NCBI RefSeq assembly: GCF_902713615.1
Contig: NC_052153.1
Span: 46,081,382-46,145,381, forward strand
Length of the DNA: 64,000 nt
Origin: Scyliorhinus canicula
Taxonomy: Eukaryota
Reading direction: 5' to 3'
Shown here: piece after piece, positions 1 through 12,599 of the stretch
Numbering within the stretch: the stretch's first letter is position 1
Layout of the letters: each line of letters opens with the position of its first letter
The notes under the pieces: generated by a model
What the model saw: only the letters and a program-made list of their open reading frames with translations
The model's database searches: none
Told to the model about the DNA's origin: nothing
Made by a program: the position numbers and the translations under genes

Positions 1-681
1 CCATCCCATTACCCACATAACCCTATGCCAACTTAGTTACTGCCTATGCCCCAACCAGACTTTGCCTTTACCCCCTCCATGCCAACCCGCCTAGTATTCT
101 TGGACAGTTCCTAGAAAGCTTTGACACTGCCTGGATAACTTTGATAGATGGACAGCTTCTTAACATTTCCTTGACAGCTGTACAGTTCCTGGATGACTAG
201 AAATCCTTTGGACAGCTGGACATCACTTACAGCTTGACAGTTCCGATTACTTTTGTGTGTTTAAAAAGTGCATAATCATGATCACTGTTAACAATCACAA
301 TATGGCCTGACTCTGGCTATCCATAAGAGTCCACCAAATTCAGACCTCCTGTTGACCTATTTTAATGTGCACATTCTGGATTCAATTCTTCTGTTCTTCC
401 AAAATTCCACTTCAGTGGAGGCAGCCCATGATTTAAATGGCCAGATGCCTCTGACAATCACGCATGCTTGAAACCTGCCCCGACTCCAGTCCAGCACCCA
501 TGATGACGGGTAAAGCTGGGTTGGGGGAGGTACTTCGAAGTTTCAGCCATGTCTGGGACTTTCACCACAACACAGAGGTTCTGTATTGTTGTGAAAGCCA
601 GGCCACAGTTTTAACTTTAATAAATAAAACAAATAAATAAAACAACCAGTTGAAGCCTTTTGCTACAACATTGAAAGCTGT

Positions 682-1010
682 GGGCAGCATGGTAGCACAG
701 TGGCTTCACAGCTCCAGGGTCCCAGGTTCGATTCCCGGCTTGGGTCACTGTCTGTGTGGAGTCTGCATGTTCTCCCAGTGTTGCGTGGATTTCCTCTGGG
801 TGCTCCGGTTTTCCTCCCACAGTTCAAAGATGTGTAGGTTTTGTGGATTGGCCATGCTAAATTGCCTCTAGCATCCAAAAAGGTCACGTGGAGTTACTGG
901 GTTACGGGGATAGAATGGAGGTGTGGGCTAAAGTAGGGTGTTCTTTCCAAGAGCCGGTGCAGACTCGATGGGCCGAATGGCCTCCTTCTGCACTGTAAAT
1001 TCTATGATTT
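682..1010 (+). mobile_element. HE1-type (V-SINE) tRNA-derived SINE
   Basis: GGGCAGCATGGTAGCACAGTGG head, B-box GGTTCGATTCCC, V-domain GTGGATTTCCTCTGGGTGCTCCGGTTTTCCTCCCAC, CR1-like tail ending CTGCACTGTAAATTCTATGATT. Confidence 0.9.
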
Positions 1011-1874
1011 TGTGAAAGCAAGCTAAACACAGGTTGTCCATTGTTAAATTCCATATGCTGTGTTTTCCACTTATATTGTTGGGTCAACTAATCAATTATG
1101 TGCTGAAGATGCCACTGTATCTTTCTGCCAATAGTACCGCACATGCCCACACACTGTTCCAATGATGGATGGGGTAAAAGATTACACAGACAACACTGAA
1201 AAATGACTCATTCTTCATTATCCTGGATACCATAGAGAGGCACCAGCATAGCATAAAAATGATTTACCTAAGTCTTTCCTCTTACGTGGCATGTAAAGCG
1301 TCAGTGAAAACTCTAATGTTCAAGTACAACCATTATTCGTCTCTTATCTCTGACAGGCAGGTAAGTGTATTTCGACCTGTTCGTTGACACAAAGATAGCC
1401 ATGTATTTGTGTTTGGGACACATAATATCATTGCACTCTCACACCTAGACCTTCTAATTATTGGTTATAAATCTGACCACAGCAGCACTGTTTACCTGCC
1501 CATGTTCCTTCCCCCTGATCCTGGAAGATAGAGAGTCTGGCGAATTAAATCACTTTGGTGGGACGTGTCAGCATTTCAGATGCTACTGGCTTGCCTATCT
1601 TCGGCTGTGAGGAGGAGAATGCCGGTGATGCTTGATTTAACATGGCATAGTTTCATGACTGGTTCGCACACAAAAAACTATTTAACTTTTCAACATTGCT
1701 TACAGCCATTGGTTTTATTTCAGTGATTAATCAACAATTCATATTAGCTAAGGTGGTTTGTTAAATTTCAATCTCCCACTCCCTGCTCACCTCCTAATTG
1801 CCATAACAATGCTGGATACCAGGGCTGTACCGCTAATCCTGACGCACTGCATTGCTAAAGGGTTTATGTGTCAT

Positions 1875-2410
1875 CATGGAGCAGTGGTCGCACTTTCTCC
1901 TCTGTTGTCCGAAGATGTAAACTGACACTTCAGTGTTGCACTGAGGGAGTACTGCATTGTCAGAAATGTCATCTTTTCATTGCGGCACTAAACTGAAGCC
2001 AGACAACAAGTCCACTGCATTATTCAAAGAAGAATATGAGGTTCACCAATTGTTTTGTCCGATTTATTTATTCCCTCAACCAGTATTACTTAAGAAAGAT
2101 TATTTACTCCTTGCTGTTCATGGGACCTTTCTTAGTTCAAGTTAGTTGCCATATTTCATATGGCAAAGATAAAGTCGCCATAGTCCCAGATGACCATAGG
2201 CTGCTTTCCCCATTTGAAGGGGAGAGTTGACTGACGGTGATTTAACCTGAGGATCACCACACCTCGGGTGAGGGCCAAGGTTGAGAAGGTATGGCCTTCA
2301 TACATATTTCATACATTCCAATATTGGTTACACTTCTAAACTAAAGTACATAGCTGTGAAACACTTGAAATATCATGAGGACATGAAAGGCATTATCTAA
2401 ATATAAACTA
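1875..2410 (+). mobile_element. Old Deu-domain SINE (SacSINE1/AmnSINE-like), split by a younger SINE
   Basis: CAGTGTTGCACTGAGGGAGTACTGCATTGTCAGA and TTATTCCCTCAACC match the Deu-SINE core; tail resumes at about 2300-2410. Confidence 0.65.
2161..2300 (-). mobile_element. 3' part of a tRNA-derived SINE (same family as 9862-10430)
   Basis: Reverse complement matches the body/tail of the 9862-10430 element (CCTGAGGATCACCACACCTC; AAAGTCGCCATAGTCCCAGATGACC). Confidence 0.8.
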
Positions 2411-2499
2411 TGGCAGAATACATTGAATGACAAATTACAGTCAGGGCTTCACAATTGGCAATTGTTTGCCGAAATATGGAGGCACAACGTGTTGGTAGA

Positions 2500-3040
2500 A
2501 ATGCTGATTGAACAAATAGCTTTGACTTCTTGAATGTTGATATTGCTACCTTCACCCTGGCGAGTGGGGAGTATTTTTTCGGGTGCATGCTGACCCCTAG
2601 AATGTTATTGATGGGGCCGTGGAAATGGTGGTCATTGAGAGACGGCCAGGCTGAGGTTGCTCCTGCAGTGATGTCCTCGGGCTGTGATGATTTGTCTCCA
2701 AAAATCATAACTATCTTCCTGTGTCAGGTATGACTTCAGCCACTGGAGGATAACCATGAATTCCATTGACATCAGTTTTACAAAGTACCATATTGAATCA
2801 AATATTGTTTTGATGCCAAGGGCAAATACTTGCAACACTCCTATTGCATCTATATATGCATCAAGGTTGTGATGAGGTCTGAAGCCAAGCAGTTCGAGTG
2901 GAGCCTAAACTGAATATTGCAAACAGTTATTGGTGTGCAGGGACCACTTGATGACATTGTTGATTATTAGTTCCATTATTTGGCTGATAATTGGGAGGTC
3001 ACAAATGTGATGGTGATTGTCTCGGCTTGATTTGTTGCGT
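2500..3040 (-). mobile_element. Degenerate CR1/L2-clade LINE ORF2 fragment
   Basis: Resembles recalled shark CR1/L2 RT C-terminal sequence; no intact ORF. Confidence 0.5.
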
Positions 3041-3720
3041 CTTGGCATTTTTCTTTCCAAGTGAAAACCTAACCTCAATCGGTGTGAGATTGTGAAGGTT
3101 AGATATCAGTTTATCTGTAATGTTCGTTTTGTTGCACTAGAGGAAGATACAGGCCTGATAGAGGAGAGTTCGGCAGTCGGAGCAAAGACATGATGGGCAA
3201 AATTGTCTCAATCGATTTCATTCAATCTTTTTAATTGTTTAATTGCATAATCTCAAGCAGGTGCAATAATTCAACTGTGAATTTTTAAAAATAACTTTTT
3301 TAATAACTTAAGTGACTGTTCACAAAAAACAAAAGTGCCTGGAATTGGAATCCAGCTAGTGGCATAGCTAGGGAATTGCCTAGGAGAAAGGAGGCCCACA
3401 ATGGAGATAATAGTGAGGATGTGACTTGTCATTTTCCAAGGTTGAGGTTTCAAGTGCTTGTAGTTTTAGCTATTGAAATTTTATTGCCTTTGTAATGTGC
3501 GGCCTCAGCCGTGCGTTCTCCGTTCAAGCCCCTTATTCAGAGCACTTGAATAGTCACGTGTTTCTCGGCACTGTGATAAGATCAACATTTTCTGTGGGTC
3601 GGGATGGGTGTTGCGATATCTGCAGATAGCTTTTGATGTTTGCTGATGAAACCTGTTGGGGAGGATGGGCAAAAGGACCCTGTTCAAATATTAGTCTGGT
3701 AAGGCACTGCATTGTGAGAT

Positions 3721-4070
3721 ATAGAACATAGAACATAGAACAGTACAGCACAGAACAGGCCCTTCGGCCCTCAATGTTGTGCCGAGCCATGATCACCCTA
3801 CTCAAACCCACGTATCCACCCTATACCCGTAACCCAACAACCCCCCCTTAACCTTACATTTATTAGGACACTACGGGCAATTTATCATGGCCAATCCACC
3901 TAACCCGCACATCTTTGGACTGTGGGAGGAAACCGGAGCACCCGGAGGAAACCCACGCACACAGGGGGAGGACGTGCAGACTCCACACAGACAGTGACCC
4001 AGCCGGGAATCGAACCTGGGACCCTGGAGCTGTGAAGCATTATGCTAACCACCATGCTACCCTGCTGCCC
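3721..4070 (-). mobile_element. Young HE1-type SINE with (TAGAACA)n tail
   Basis: Reverse complement is near-identical to 5316-5669. Confidence 0.92.
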
Positions 4071-4079
4071 CATTGTGGT

Positions 4080-5020
4080 GGGCAATATCGTGTTTATATT
4101 TCCTTTCTGTCCTGAGAAGGAGTGCCCTGCCAGCAATAAATAAAGCTGGTAAACTGGTGTGGGGTGGGGGGGTGAAGCAGCAGCCATTGAACCAATTTTG
4201 GCTGGTTCGCTGTGCTTAAGTGTCTGGGTCGGAGCCTGGATGGAAGGAGTTTGGATCTTGGGTTTATCTGAAAGGCCTGACTTGCATTTCCTTTAGCCCC
4301 ACAACCCACCCTGCTTAGGAGACTCTTATTGCTGGTAGGGTCTAAGCGGTGGGGGATGGGGGTCAGGGGTGGGGGGGGGGAGCATTTCCAATATCCATGG
4401 GCAGATCATACTTTTCCCCCTTGCCTGTTCAGCTATTCTTCCATATATTACAGCACTGATTCAGTTCACAAAGGACGGAGCTTCGTGGGACCAGGTGAGA
4501 GCAAAGTGGGTGGGGAAGCTAGGTTCTGGTTGACGAGGTGAGCTCTGAGGCCCTTTTGCGGGGTGAACTGATTCAGCTCATACCTACATAAAGCGCTCCT
4601 AATCAAGGCAAGGATGAGTGGGTTCTTCGCGGGAGTTGAGGACAAATGTGGGCGGTGCTTGCAGATGGGTGAAGGCGGTCGTTCTGGTCTTTGCCTTGCT
4701 GATAGCCCAAATGTGAGTTCTGCTGGGACGGAGATCCTCTACTCCACTCAGCGCCGTGGCCTTTTTGGACGACCTTATGGAGTTTCTATATCTGGAAAAG
4801 TTCAAATACACCATTAGGGGGACAGGAGGGGTGGCAGTGCCTGTTAAGGGAGTAGGGGGGGGGGTTAGTTATTTTTGTTGTGAAAAGATTGTATGATAGG
4901 TTGGGTTGTGTTAGCCTTGTTTTTTTTCTGTACAGGTTATACCGTGTAACATTGGCAATGTTACTGATATTGATGTCCTGTTATAAATTAACATTTTTAA
5001 TAAAAATACATATTTTTTAA
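4080..5020 (+). mobile_element. L1/Tx1 LINE 3' fragment
   Basis: RMSGFFAGVEDKCGRC resembles the L1-clade C-terminal Cys region; G-rich 3' UTR and AATAAA/A-rich end. Confidence 0.65.
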
Positions 5021-5315
5021 TAAAGGGAATAAACCTGTTCAACGGGTGCCTAACCTCTCCCAAAGGTGTCCCAGGAATCTATGGAAATCGGTACCTTATC
5101 TCTCCCTGGCTATCCAAACAAATCCACCAAGTTCAGATCTCCCCTTACTTGGTCTAATTTGCCCATTCTGGGTTGCACTTGCCTGTGCCTAACACAATTC
5201 CACTTCAGTGGAGGCAGCTGGTGATTCAAATGGCCAATTGCCTCCATGAAATGTGCGAGTGCGAATCCCGGGCTGACTCCAATACCACCCCTACAAGTTA
5301 GGACATGCCAGGTTT

Positions 5316-5669
5316 GGGCAGCAGGGTAGCATGGTGGTTAGCATAAATGCTTCACAGCTCCAGGGTCCCAGGTTCGATTCCCAGCTGGGTCACTGTCTGT
5401 GTGGAGTCTGCACGTCCTCCCCCTGTGTGCGTGGGTTTCCTCCGGGTGCTCCGGTTTCCTCCCACAGTCCAAAGATGTGCGGGTTAGGTGGATTGGCCAT
5501 GCTAAATTGCCCGTAGTGTCCTAATAAAAAGGTAAGGTTAATGGGGGGGGTTGTTGGGTTACGGGTATAGGGTGGATACGTGGGTTTGGGTAGGGTGATC
5601 ATGGCTCGGCACAACATTGAGGGCCGAAGGGCCTGTTCTGTGCTGTACTGTTCTATGTTCTATGTTCTA
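5316..5669 (+). mobile_element. Young HE1-type SINE with (TTCTATG)n tail
   Basis: A/B boxes, V-domain, CR1-like tail; flanked by AGGTT on both sides (possible TSD). Confidence 0.92.
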
Positions 5670-6259
5670 GGTTCAGGGTGGGCCTTGGAAATTTTGGGCA
5701 TTTAGTGGCAAAAGTCTTAATCCCTTGGAGTCTCTTGGTCATCTAGCCCTGATGCCATGCTTGCATCACATCGTCGCGAACATCATTGGCTAATTAACAT
5801 AACCATTAACCCTTTACTCTAGAGTTCAGAATTGGTAAAAATTTCCAACTGAGGCAGTGTTTTACAAAGGTCTATAACTTCCTCCCCGTAAGCAGTTTTA
5901 ACCCACTTTCCCAACCAGCCATGCCACCTTCAATAATTTGTGCCCGTATACCCCAGGTTTCTTTGTTACTGAACATCCGTCAGAATTTTACCCTAAAGTT
6001 TATATTGCGCCTCATCATTCTTCCTGCCAAAATGCATCACTTCTCCGCATTAAATTTCATATGCCACACATCCATGCATTCCATCAGTCTAACAGCATTG
6101 AAGGTGGACTCCATCGACTCGGGCTCTTCCCTGGGATGGTCATCTCAGTCAGGAGGACAGGGGGCTGCTGGGCAGGTTCAAGGGCCGGCCGCCTATCTTG
6201 CCGAAGAGGTGGCTCAAAGGTGTCGGGGGAAGGAGACCTCGGGTTTACACGGCTCGCAT

Positions 6260-7950
6260 GTTCTTCTTATGTAGGGGTTATCAGACACCATGTGCCACAG
6301 GAGTGCCACTGTCTTAACAAGGAAACACTGCAGCACCTGTTTCACATCTCTGAAAACCGAGTGCCACGTGGAGGAGGAGAGCATCTGCTCCCTGTGGCAA
6401 TGGAGGTAACGACAGCCCTGAACGTCTTTGCCACTGGTTCATTCCAGAATTCAATCGGTAACCTATGTGGGATATCAATGTCATCAGTCCACAAGTGCAT
6501 CCAAGAGGACGGATGCTCTTCATGCCCGGGCCTCAGACTGCATCAACTTTGACCTTTTAACAGGTCTATCAAGATGACGGCTGTGGGATTTGTATCCATC
6601 ACTGGACTGCCACAGGTCCAGGGCTTCATTGTTGGGGACATGTGGCATTGAGAGCACCATGGCATCTGGGGGTCCCCTTTATCAGTCCCTGAACTTACAA
6701 CTTGTCTGTGATCACTGCATGAACATTATGCATGCCTGTGCAGGATTTCCTGGGATATCACGAGGGGCAAGTTGTGCTGAGGAAGCAAAGAGGCTGCAGG
6801 TGGACCTGGACAGGCTAGGAGAGTGGGCAAAGAAGTAGCAGATGGAATACAATATAGTGAAATGTGAGTTTATGCACTTTGGTAGGAAGAAAAGAGGCAT
6901 AGACTATTTTCTAAATGGGTAAAGCTTTGGAAATCAGAAGTACAATGGGACTTGGGTGTCTTAGTTCAGGATTTTCTTAAGATTCACATGCAGGTTCAGT
7001 TGGCAGTTAGGAAGGCAAATGCAATGTTAGTATTCATTCTGAGAGAGCTAGAATACAAGAGCAGGGATGTACTGTTGAGGCTGTATAAGGCTCCGGTCAG
7101 ACCTCATTTGGAGTATTGTGAGCAGTTTTGAGCCCCGTATCTAAGGAAGGATGTGCTGGCCTTGGAAAGGGTCCAGAGGAGGTTCACAAGAATGATCCCT
7201 GGAATGAAGGATTTGTCATATGAGGAGCAGTTGAGGACTCTGGGCCTGTACTGAGTTTAGAAGGATGAGGGAGGATCTCATTGAAACTTAAATAATAGTG
7301 AGAGGCCTAGATAGAGTGAATGTTGAGAGGATGTTTCCGCTAGTAGGAGAAACTAGAAACAGAGGGCACAGCCTCGGATTGAAGGGGCGATCCTTTAAAA
7401 CAGAGATGAGGAGGAATTTCTTCAGTCAGAGGGTGGTGAATCTGTGGAACTCATTGCCCAGAAGGCTCTGGAGGCCAACTCACTGAGATAGAGCTAGATA
7501 GGTTCCTGATCAATAAGGGGATCAGGGATTATGGGGCGAAGGCAGGAGAATGGGGATGAGAAACATATCAGACATGACTGAATGGCGGAGCAGACTCGAT
7601 GGGCTGAATGACCTAATTCTGCTCTGAAATCTTCTGGTCTTATGGGGCATTCGCAGGTCCCGGGGTCTTTGGGAGACATCCAGGGTGGCCCCTGGAGGAA
7701 GGCTTGCCCATTGAGGTCTTAGACTGATGATGATGCCAGTGCACAGGCTTGAGACCGAGGCAGAGTCCCATCATAATGAGGCTCAGTGCCACCTGGTCAG
7801 TTATTGACCGATTCATTGAGGTCCTGAAGATGTGCTTCCACTGCCTTGACTGGTCTGGTGGGCACTTCAGAACAGCCCCTAGAAGGTCTCCCTCATTGTT
7901 GTGGTGTGCTGTGCCCTCCACAATTTGGTGCAGCAGGACTACATGCAGGA
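6260..7950 (+). pseudogene. PIF/Harbinger (HARBI1-like) DDE transposase remnant, split by CR1
   Basis: LPVAMEVTTALNVFATGSFQNSIGNLCGIS, SLNLQLVCDHCMNIMHACAGFPG and VLKMCFHCLDWSGG are Harbinger transposase motifs; frameshifts and stops. Confidence 0.85.
6761..7640 (+). mobile_element. 5'-truncated CR1 LINE
   Basis: RLQVDLDRLGEWAKK and RRNFFSQRVVNLWNSLP; CR1 3' hairpin tail. Confidence 0.9.
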
Positions 7951-8332
7951 GGAGGAATGTGTCTGTTATGTATCAGAGTAACTCTATTGGCTGCTGTAAT
8001 GCAATTACCTCATTGGAGTGTTTTGTGGGCTTTTGTGGAGTTCACTATTGTAACCTGTCGGAGCAGCATCTCTTAAATGTTAAATGAGCTCAACATGTGC
8101 CACCTCTAAAAAAGAAAGTGGCAACGGGACCTGGGTTGTAAACACAAAAATGGAAGAAAAACAACTTTCAATGACAATTTTGAAAGCCAGAAGGAATCAT
8201 CGACTGAGATCCAGGCCCAAACACCTTTCGGAGTCAAGTCAGGAGAAATATTGTCGAATTCCAAGGCAAAATCATCATTGGGGCAAGGAAAAATAACTAG
8301 AGTAAACAGGCTTAAAAATAACTCTGGACTGT

Positions 8333-9655
8333 ATCATGACCCCGGACCAGACCCCAACATTTGCTTGGATACTGGACAGGAACCCCAATCACTTTTAAAT
8401 TTGTAAACCTGTGAGGAAAGGATACTTTGCTCCAGAAGTGATTCCACGCACAAATGTGGATATGGTATATTAAAACAAACTATTATTAACACCGTATTGA
8501 ACTACCTTAACAGCATAGAAACAATTGGCAGTTACATGACGCTTGACAATAAAACAAAACACTTTAATTTCCAACTGATACCTTCTGAATCTCCAATCAA
8601 GCAAAATCCATCACAGGTCAAAGCTCACTTTTAAATAAAGTTAGCAAGGATTACTTGCCAACCTCTGGAATGGGAGAGAGATCCTTTCAGTAATAGCCTG
8701 CAGAACCCTGTCAGTCAGATTAATGCTGAATCTCTGACAACCTTCTGTAGAATCTGCTGTTCAGCTCCCAGCCAAAACTAAAACTAACTCAAAACTGACT
8801 GCCACAGACCTGGCTCCTGCCAATACTACATCATCTTTACCCCACTCAAACCCCTTGACCTAATTCATTACGTTTAAACACAATGGGCACAATTCAAGTG
8901 TCCGTTCAATGGCATGTCTAGCGGGGTGTTTCACAGTGGCTGCAGTGTTTCTTTTGGCCTTGAGGTGATTATCTCTGCCATTTACTCCAGCAACCCTTAC
9001 CTTTCTCTCTTCCCCATCCCCCTCCCATTTTTGGACTCCCCCCTGGGTCTGACCCCTGGCACTGCCAACCTGCCACCCAAGTATTCTGGCACTGTCTCGG
9101 AACCCTGGAAGTATCAGGATGGCACTTCCAGAATGGCAGTGCCAGGATGCCCTGGTGCCAGGGTACCACCCTGCACTGTTCCCGACCACCTGGGGGTCTC
9201 CAATGCCCTTGGGAGTCCTCCCCAGGTGCCCGTCATGACTGGTCCATGTTTTTGTGGATCATTAAACAGCACCCTGACGAGGTCTGCCCGGCGCAGACAG
9301 CGGGTGCCGGGTTATGGCCCATTTAAATACTCAGACGCTGGACGAGATCCCGATTGTGTGGAGCAAGTCAGGTGACTTGTGATTGGTCCGGCGTGGAGCC
9401 TAATTTGGGGCTCATACACGATTCGCCCGTTGGGTCCGGATTCACACCTGGTGTAGCAGGGTCACTGAATCGCGGGCAGTATCTCTAACTATCTACTCCC
9501 CAAAAATCATAACAAAATCCCATTAGGCCTCCATGTAAACTTAAGCATGGCTTAAAAGAATGGTGATCTGACTTTTTAATATAATCTTAATTGCACCTTC
9601 TGTAGCAACAAAGTCAGGCTGGCTTTCAAATCAGGATTTAAAAAAAAATGTTACT
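8333..9655. mobile_element. Probable solo LTR containing a nested Harbinger-type MITE (about 8885-9478)
   Basis: LTR-like composition on both sides; the nested GC-rich element has GGGCACAATTCA...TGAATCGCGGGC termini. Confidence 0.45.
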
Positions 9656-9719
9656 TCAGTGTGTGTGTATATTATATATACTGCACCAGATGCACTATAT
9701 AAATGCCAATCTCTTACAT

Positions 9720-9852
9720 TCATCTCTCACCTGATGAAGCAGCTGCGTTCCGAAAGCGAGTGACACCAAACAAATCTGTTAGACTTTAACCTGGTGTTGT
9801 AATACTTCTTACGGTGCCCACCCCAGTCCAACACCGGCATCTCCACCTCATT
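9720..9852 (+). mobile_element. Penelope-like element terminal repeat with degenerate hammerhead ribozyme core
   Basis: CACCTGATGAAG-CAGCTGCGTTC-CGAAAGCGAGTG followed by TGTTAGACTTTAACCTGGTGTTGT...CCCCAGTCCAACACCGGCATCTCCAC. Confidence 0.8.
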
Positions 9853-9861
9853 CATCAAATT

Positions 9862-10430
9862 GGGGCCGGTTTAGCTCAGTTGGCTAGACAGCTGGTTTGT
9901 GATGCAGAGCAAGGCCAGCAGCGCAGGTTCAATTCCTGTACTGGCTGAGGTTATTCATGAAGGCCCCGCCTTCTCGACCTTTCTCCTCACCTGAGGTGTG
10001 GTGATCCTCAGGTTAAACCACCACCATTGTGCGGCACGGTAGCACAGTGGTTAACACAATTGCTTCACAGCTCCAGGGTCCCAGGTTCGATTCCCGGCTT
10101 GGGTCACTGTGCGGAGTCTGCCCGTTCCCCCCGTGTCTGCGTGGGTTTCCTCGGGTGCTCCAGTTTCCTCCCACAGTCTAAAGATGTGCAGATTAGGTGG
10201 ATTGGCCAAGATAAATTGTCCCTTAGTGTGCAGAAAGGTTAGGTGGGATTACTGGGTTAGGGTGGAGGCGTAGGCTTGAGTAAGGTTCTCTTTCCAAGGG
10301 CTGGTGCAGGCTCGATGGGCCGAATGGCCTCCTTCTGCACTGTAAATTCTATGACACTATGATACTAGTCAGTACCCCCCTCAAAGGGGAAAGCACCCTA
10401 AGGTCCTCTGGGACGATGGCAGCTTTACTT
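9862..10430 (+). mobile_element. tRNA-derived SINE interrupted by an HE1 SINE
   Basis: GGGGCCGGTTTAGCTCAGTTGG A-box, GGTTCAATTCC B-box; body resumes after about 10368. Confidence 0.85.
10030..10362 (+). mobile_element. HE1-type SINE
   Basis: Same structure as 682-1010. Confidence 0.9.
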
Positions 10431-10604
10431 TATAACGTTACTTTCAGAGCTGTGAAGTAAAACATACAGGCTTCATAGCAACATATAATCATATAATACA
10501 ATATATAAACACAATCTGGAACACCTAGATAACAAAGACACTTGTGTCAGACTCCTATTTATTGACTATAGCTCAGCCTTCAACACCATCATTCCTAGAA
10601 ACTG

Positions 10605-11140
10605 GAACATAGAACATTACATTACAGCGCAGTACGGGCCCTTCGGCCCTCGATGTTGCGCCGACCCGTGAAACCATCTGAAGCCTATCTGACCTACACT
10701 ATTCCATTTTCATCCATATGTCTATCCAGTGACCACTTAAATGCCCTTAAATTTGGCGAGTCTACTACTGTTGCAGGCAGGGCGTTCCACACCCCTACTA
10801 CTCCCTGAGTAAAGAAACTGCCTCTGACATCTGTCCTTTATCTACCACCCCTCAATTTAAAGCTATGTTCCCTCGTGTTGGTCATCACCATCCGAGGAAA
10901 AAGACTTTCACTGTCCACCCTATCTAACCCTCTGACTATCTTGTATGTCTCTATTAAGTCACCTCTCAGCCTTCTCCTGTCTAACGAAAACAACCTCGAG
11001 TCCCTGAGCCTTTCCTCGTAAGACCTTCCCTCCATACCTGGCAACATCCTAGTAAATCTCCTCTGAACCCCTTCCAAAGCTTCCACATCCTTCCTATAAT
11101 GTGGTGACCAGAACTGCACGCAGTACTCCAGGTGCGGCCT
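10605..11140 (-). mobile_element. CR1 LINE 3' end inserted in the Rex1-like element
   Basis: [35 protein letters not shown]; CR1 tail. Confidence 0.92.
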
Positions 11141-11727
11141 CATCTCCAAACTCCGTGGCCTTGGCCTCGGCTCCTCCCTCTGTGACAGGATCCTGAACTT
11201 TCTAACCCACAAGCCACAACCAGTAAGGATAGGCAACAACACCTCCTCCACGATCATCCTCAACCGGTGCCCCACAAGGCTGCGTCCTCAGCCCCCTACT
11301 ATATTTGTACACCTATGACTGTGTGGCCAAATTCCCCTCCAACTCGATTTTCAAATGTGCTGATGACACCATAGTAGTGGGTCGGATTTCAAACAATGAC
11401 GAGACAGAGTACAGGAATGAGATTGAGAATCTGGTGTACTGGTGTGATGACAATAATCTCTCCCTCAATGTCAACAAAACAAAGGAGATTGTCACCGACT
11501 TCAGGAAGCGTAGTGGAGAACATGCCCCTGTCTACATCAATGGGAACGAAGTAGAAAGGTTTGAGAGCTTCAAGTTCTTAGGTGTTCAGATCACCAACAA
11601 CCTGTGCTGGTCCCCCTATGCCGACACTATAGTTAGGAAAGCCCACCAATGACTACTTTCTCAGAAGACTAAGGAAATTTGGCATGTCACCTACGACTCT
11701 CACCAACTTCTACCATAGCCCCCTACC

Positions 11728-11898
11728 AGGGGCTGGTTTAGCTCACTGAGCTAAATCGCTGGCTTTTAAAGCAGGCCAGCAGCACGGTTCGATTCCCGTA
11801 CCAGCCTCCCCGGACAGGCGCCGGAATGTGGCGACTAGGGGCTTTTCACAGTAACTTCATTGAAGCCTACTCGTGACAATAAGCGATTTTCATTTTCA
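11728..11898 (+). mobile_element. Short tRNA-derived SINE
   Basis: GGGGCTGGTTTAGCTCA head, GGTTCGATTCCC, tail GTGGCGACTAGGGGCTTTTCACAGTAACTTCATTG. Confidence 0.85.
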
Positions 11899-12599
11899 GA
11901 AACCATAGAAAGCATTCTTTCTGGTTGTATCACAGCTTGGTATGGATCCTGCTCTGCCCAAGACCGCAGGAAATTGCACAAGGTCGTGAATGTAGCCCAA
12001 TCCTTCACGCAAACCAGTCTCCCATCCATCGACTCTGTCTAAAATTCCCGCTGCCTCGGAAAGGCAGCCAGCATAATTAAGGACCCCACGCACCCCGGAC
12101 ATACTCCCTTCCACCTTCTTCCGTCAGGAAAAAGATACCAAAATTTGAGGTCACATACCAACCGACTCAAGAACAGCTTCTTCCCTACTGCCATCAGACT
12201 TTTGAATGGACCTACCTCGTATTAAGTTGATCTTTTCTCTACTCCTTGCTTCATCACACCAGTACACCAGATTCTCAATCTCATTCCTGTACTCTGTCTC
12301 GTCATTGTTTGAAATCCGACCCACTACTGTGGTGTCATCAGCAAATTTGAAAATCGAGTTGGAGGGGAATTTGGCCACACAATCATAGGTGGACAAATAT
12401 AACAGGGGGCTGAGGACACAGCCTTGTGGGGCACCGGGTGAGGATGATCGTGGAGGAGGTTGTAACATTATATTCTGCAGTCTCTTCTTCCTTCCCTATG
12501 TACGGTATGCATTGTTTGCACAGCATGCAAGAAACAATACTTTTCACTGTATACTAATACATGTGACAATAATAAATTAAATCAAATCAAATCAATCTC

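Larger units (their letters stand above)
10510..12595 (+). mobile_element. Rex1/Babar-like LINE 3' half with nested insertions
   Basis: [60 protein letters not shown]; ends in (CAAAT)n tail. Confidence 0.88.

Noticed and set aside
3139-3200. Plus-strand terminal exon EDTGLIEESSAVGAKT*
   Set aside because: Overlaps sequence resembling a CR1 3' tail
6260-7950. Domesticated HARBI1 host gene
   Set aside because: Frameshifts, stops and a CR1 insertion mark a dead transposon
9862-9945. tRNA gene
   Set aside because: It is a SINE head continuing into a SINE body; the same applies to the HE1 heads
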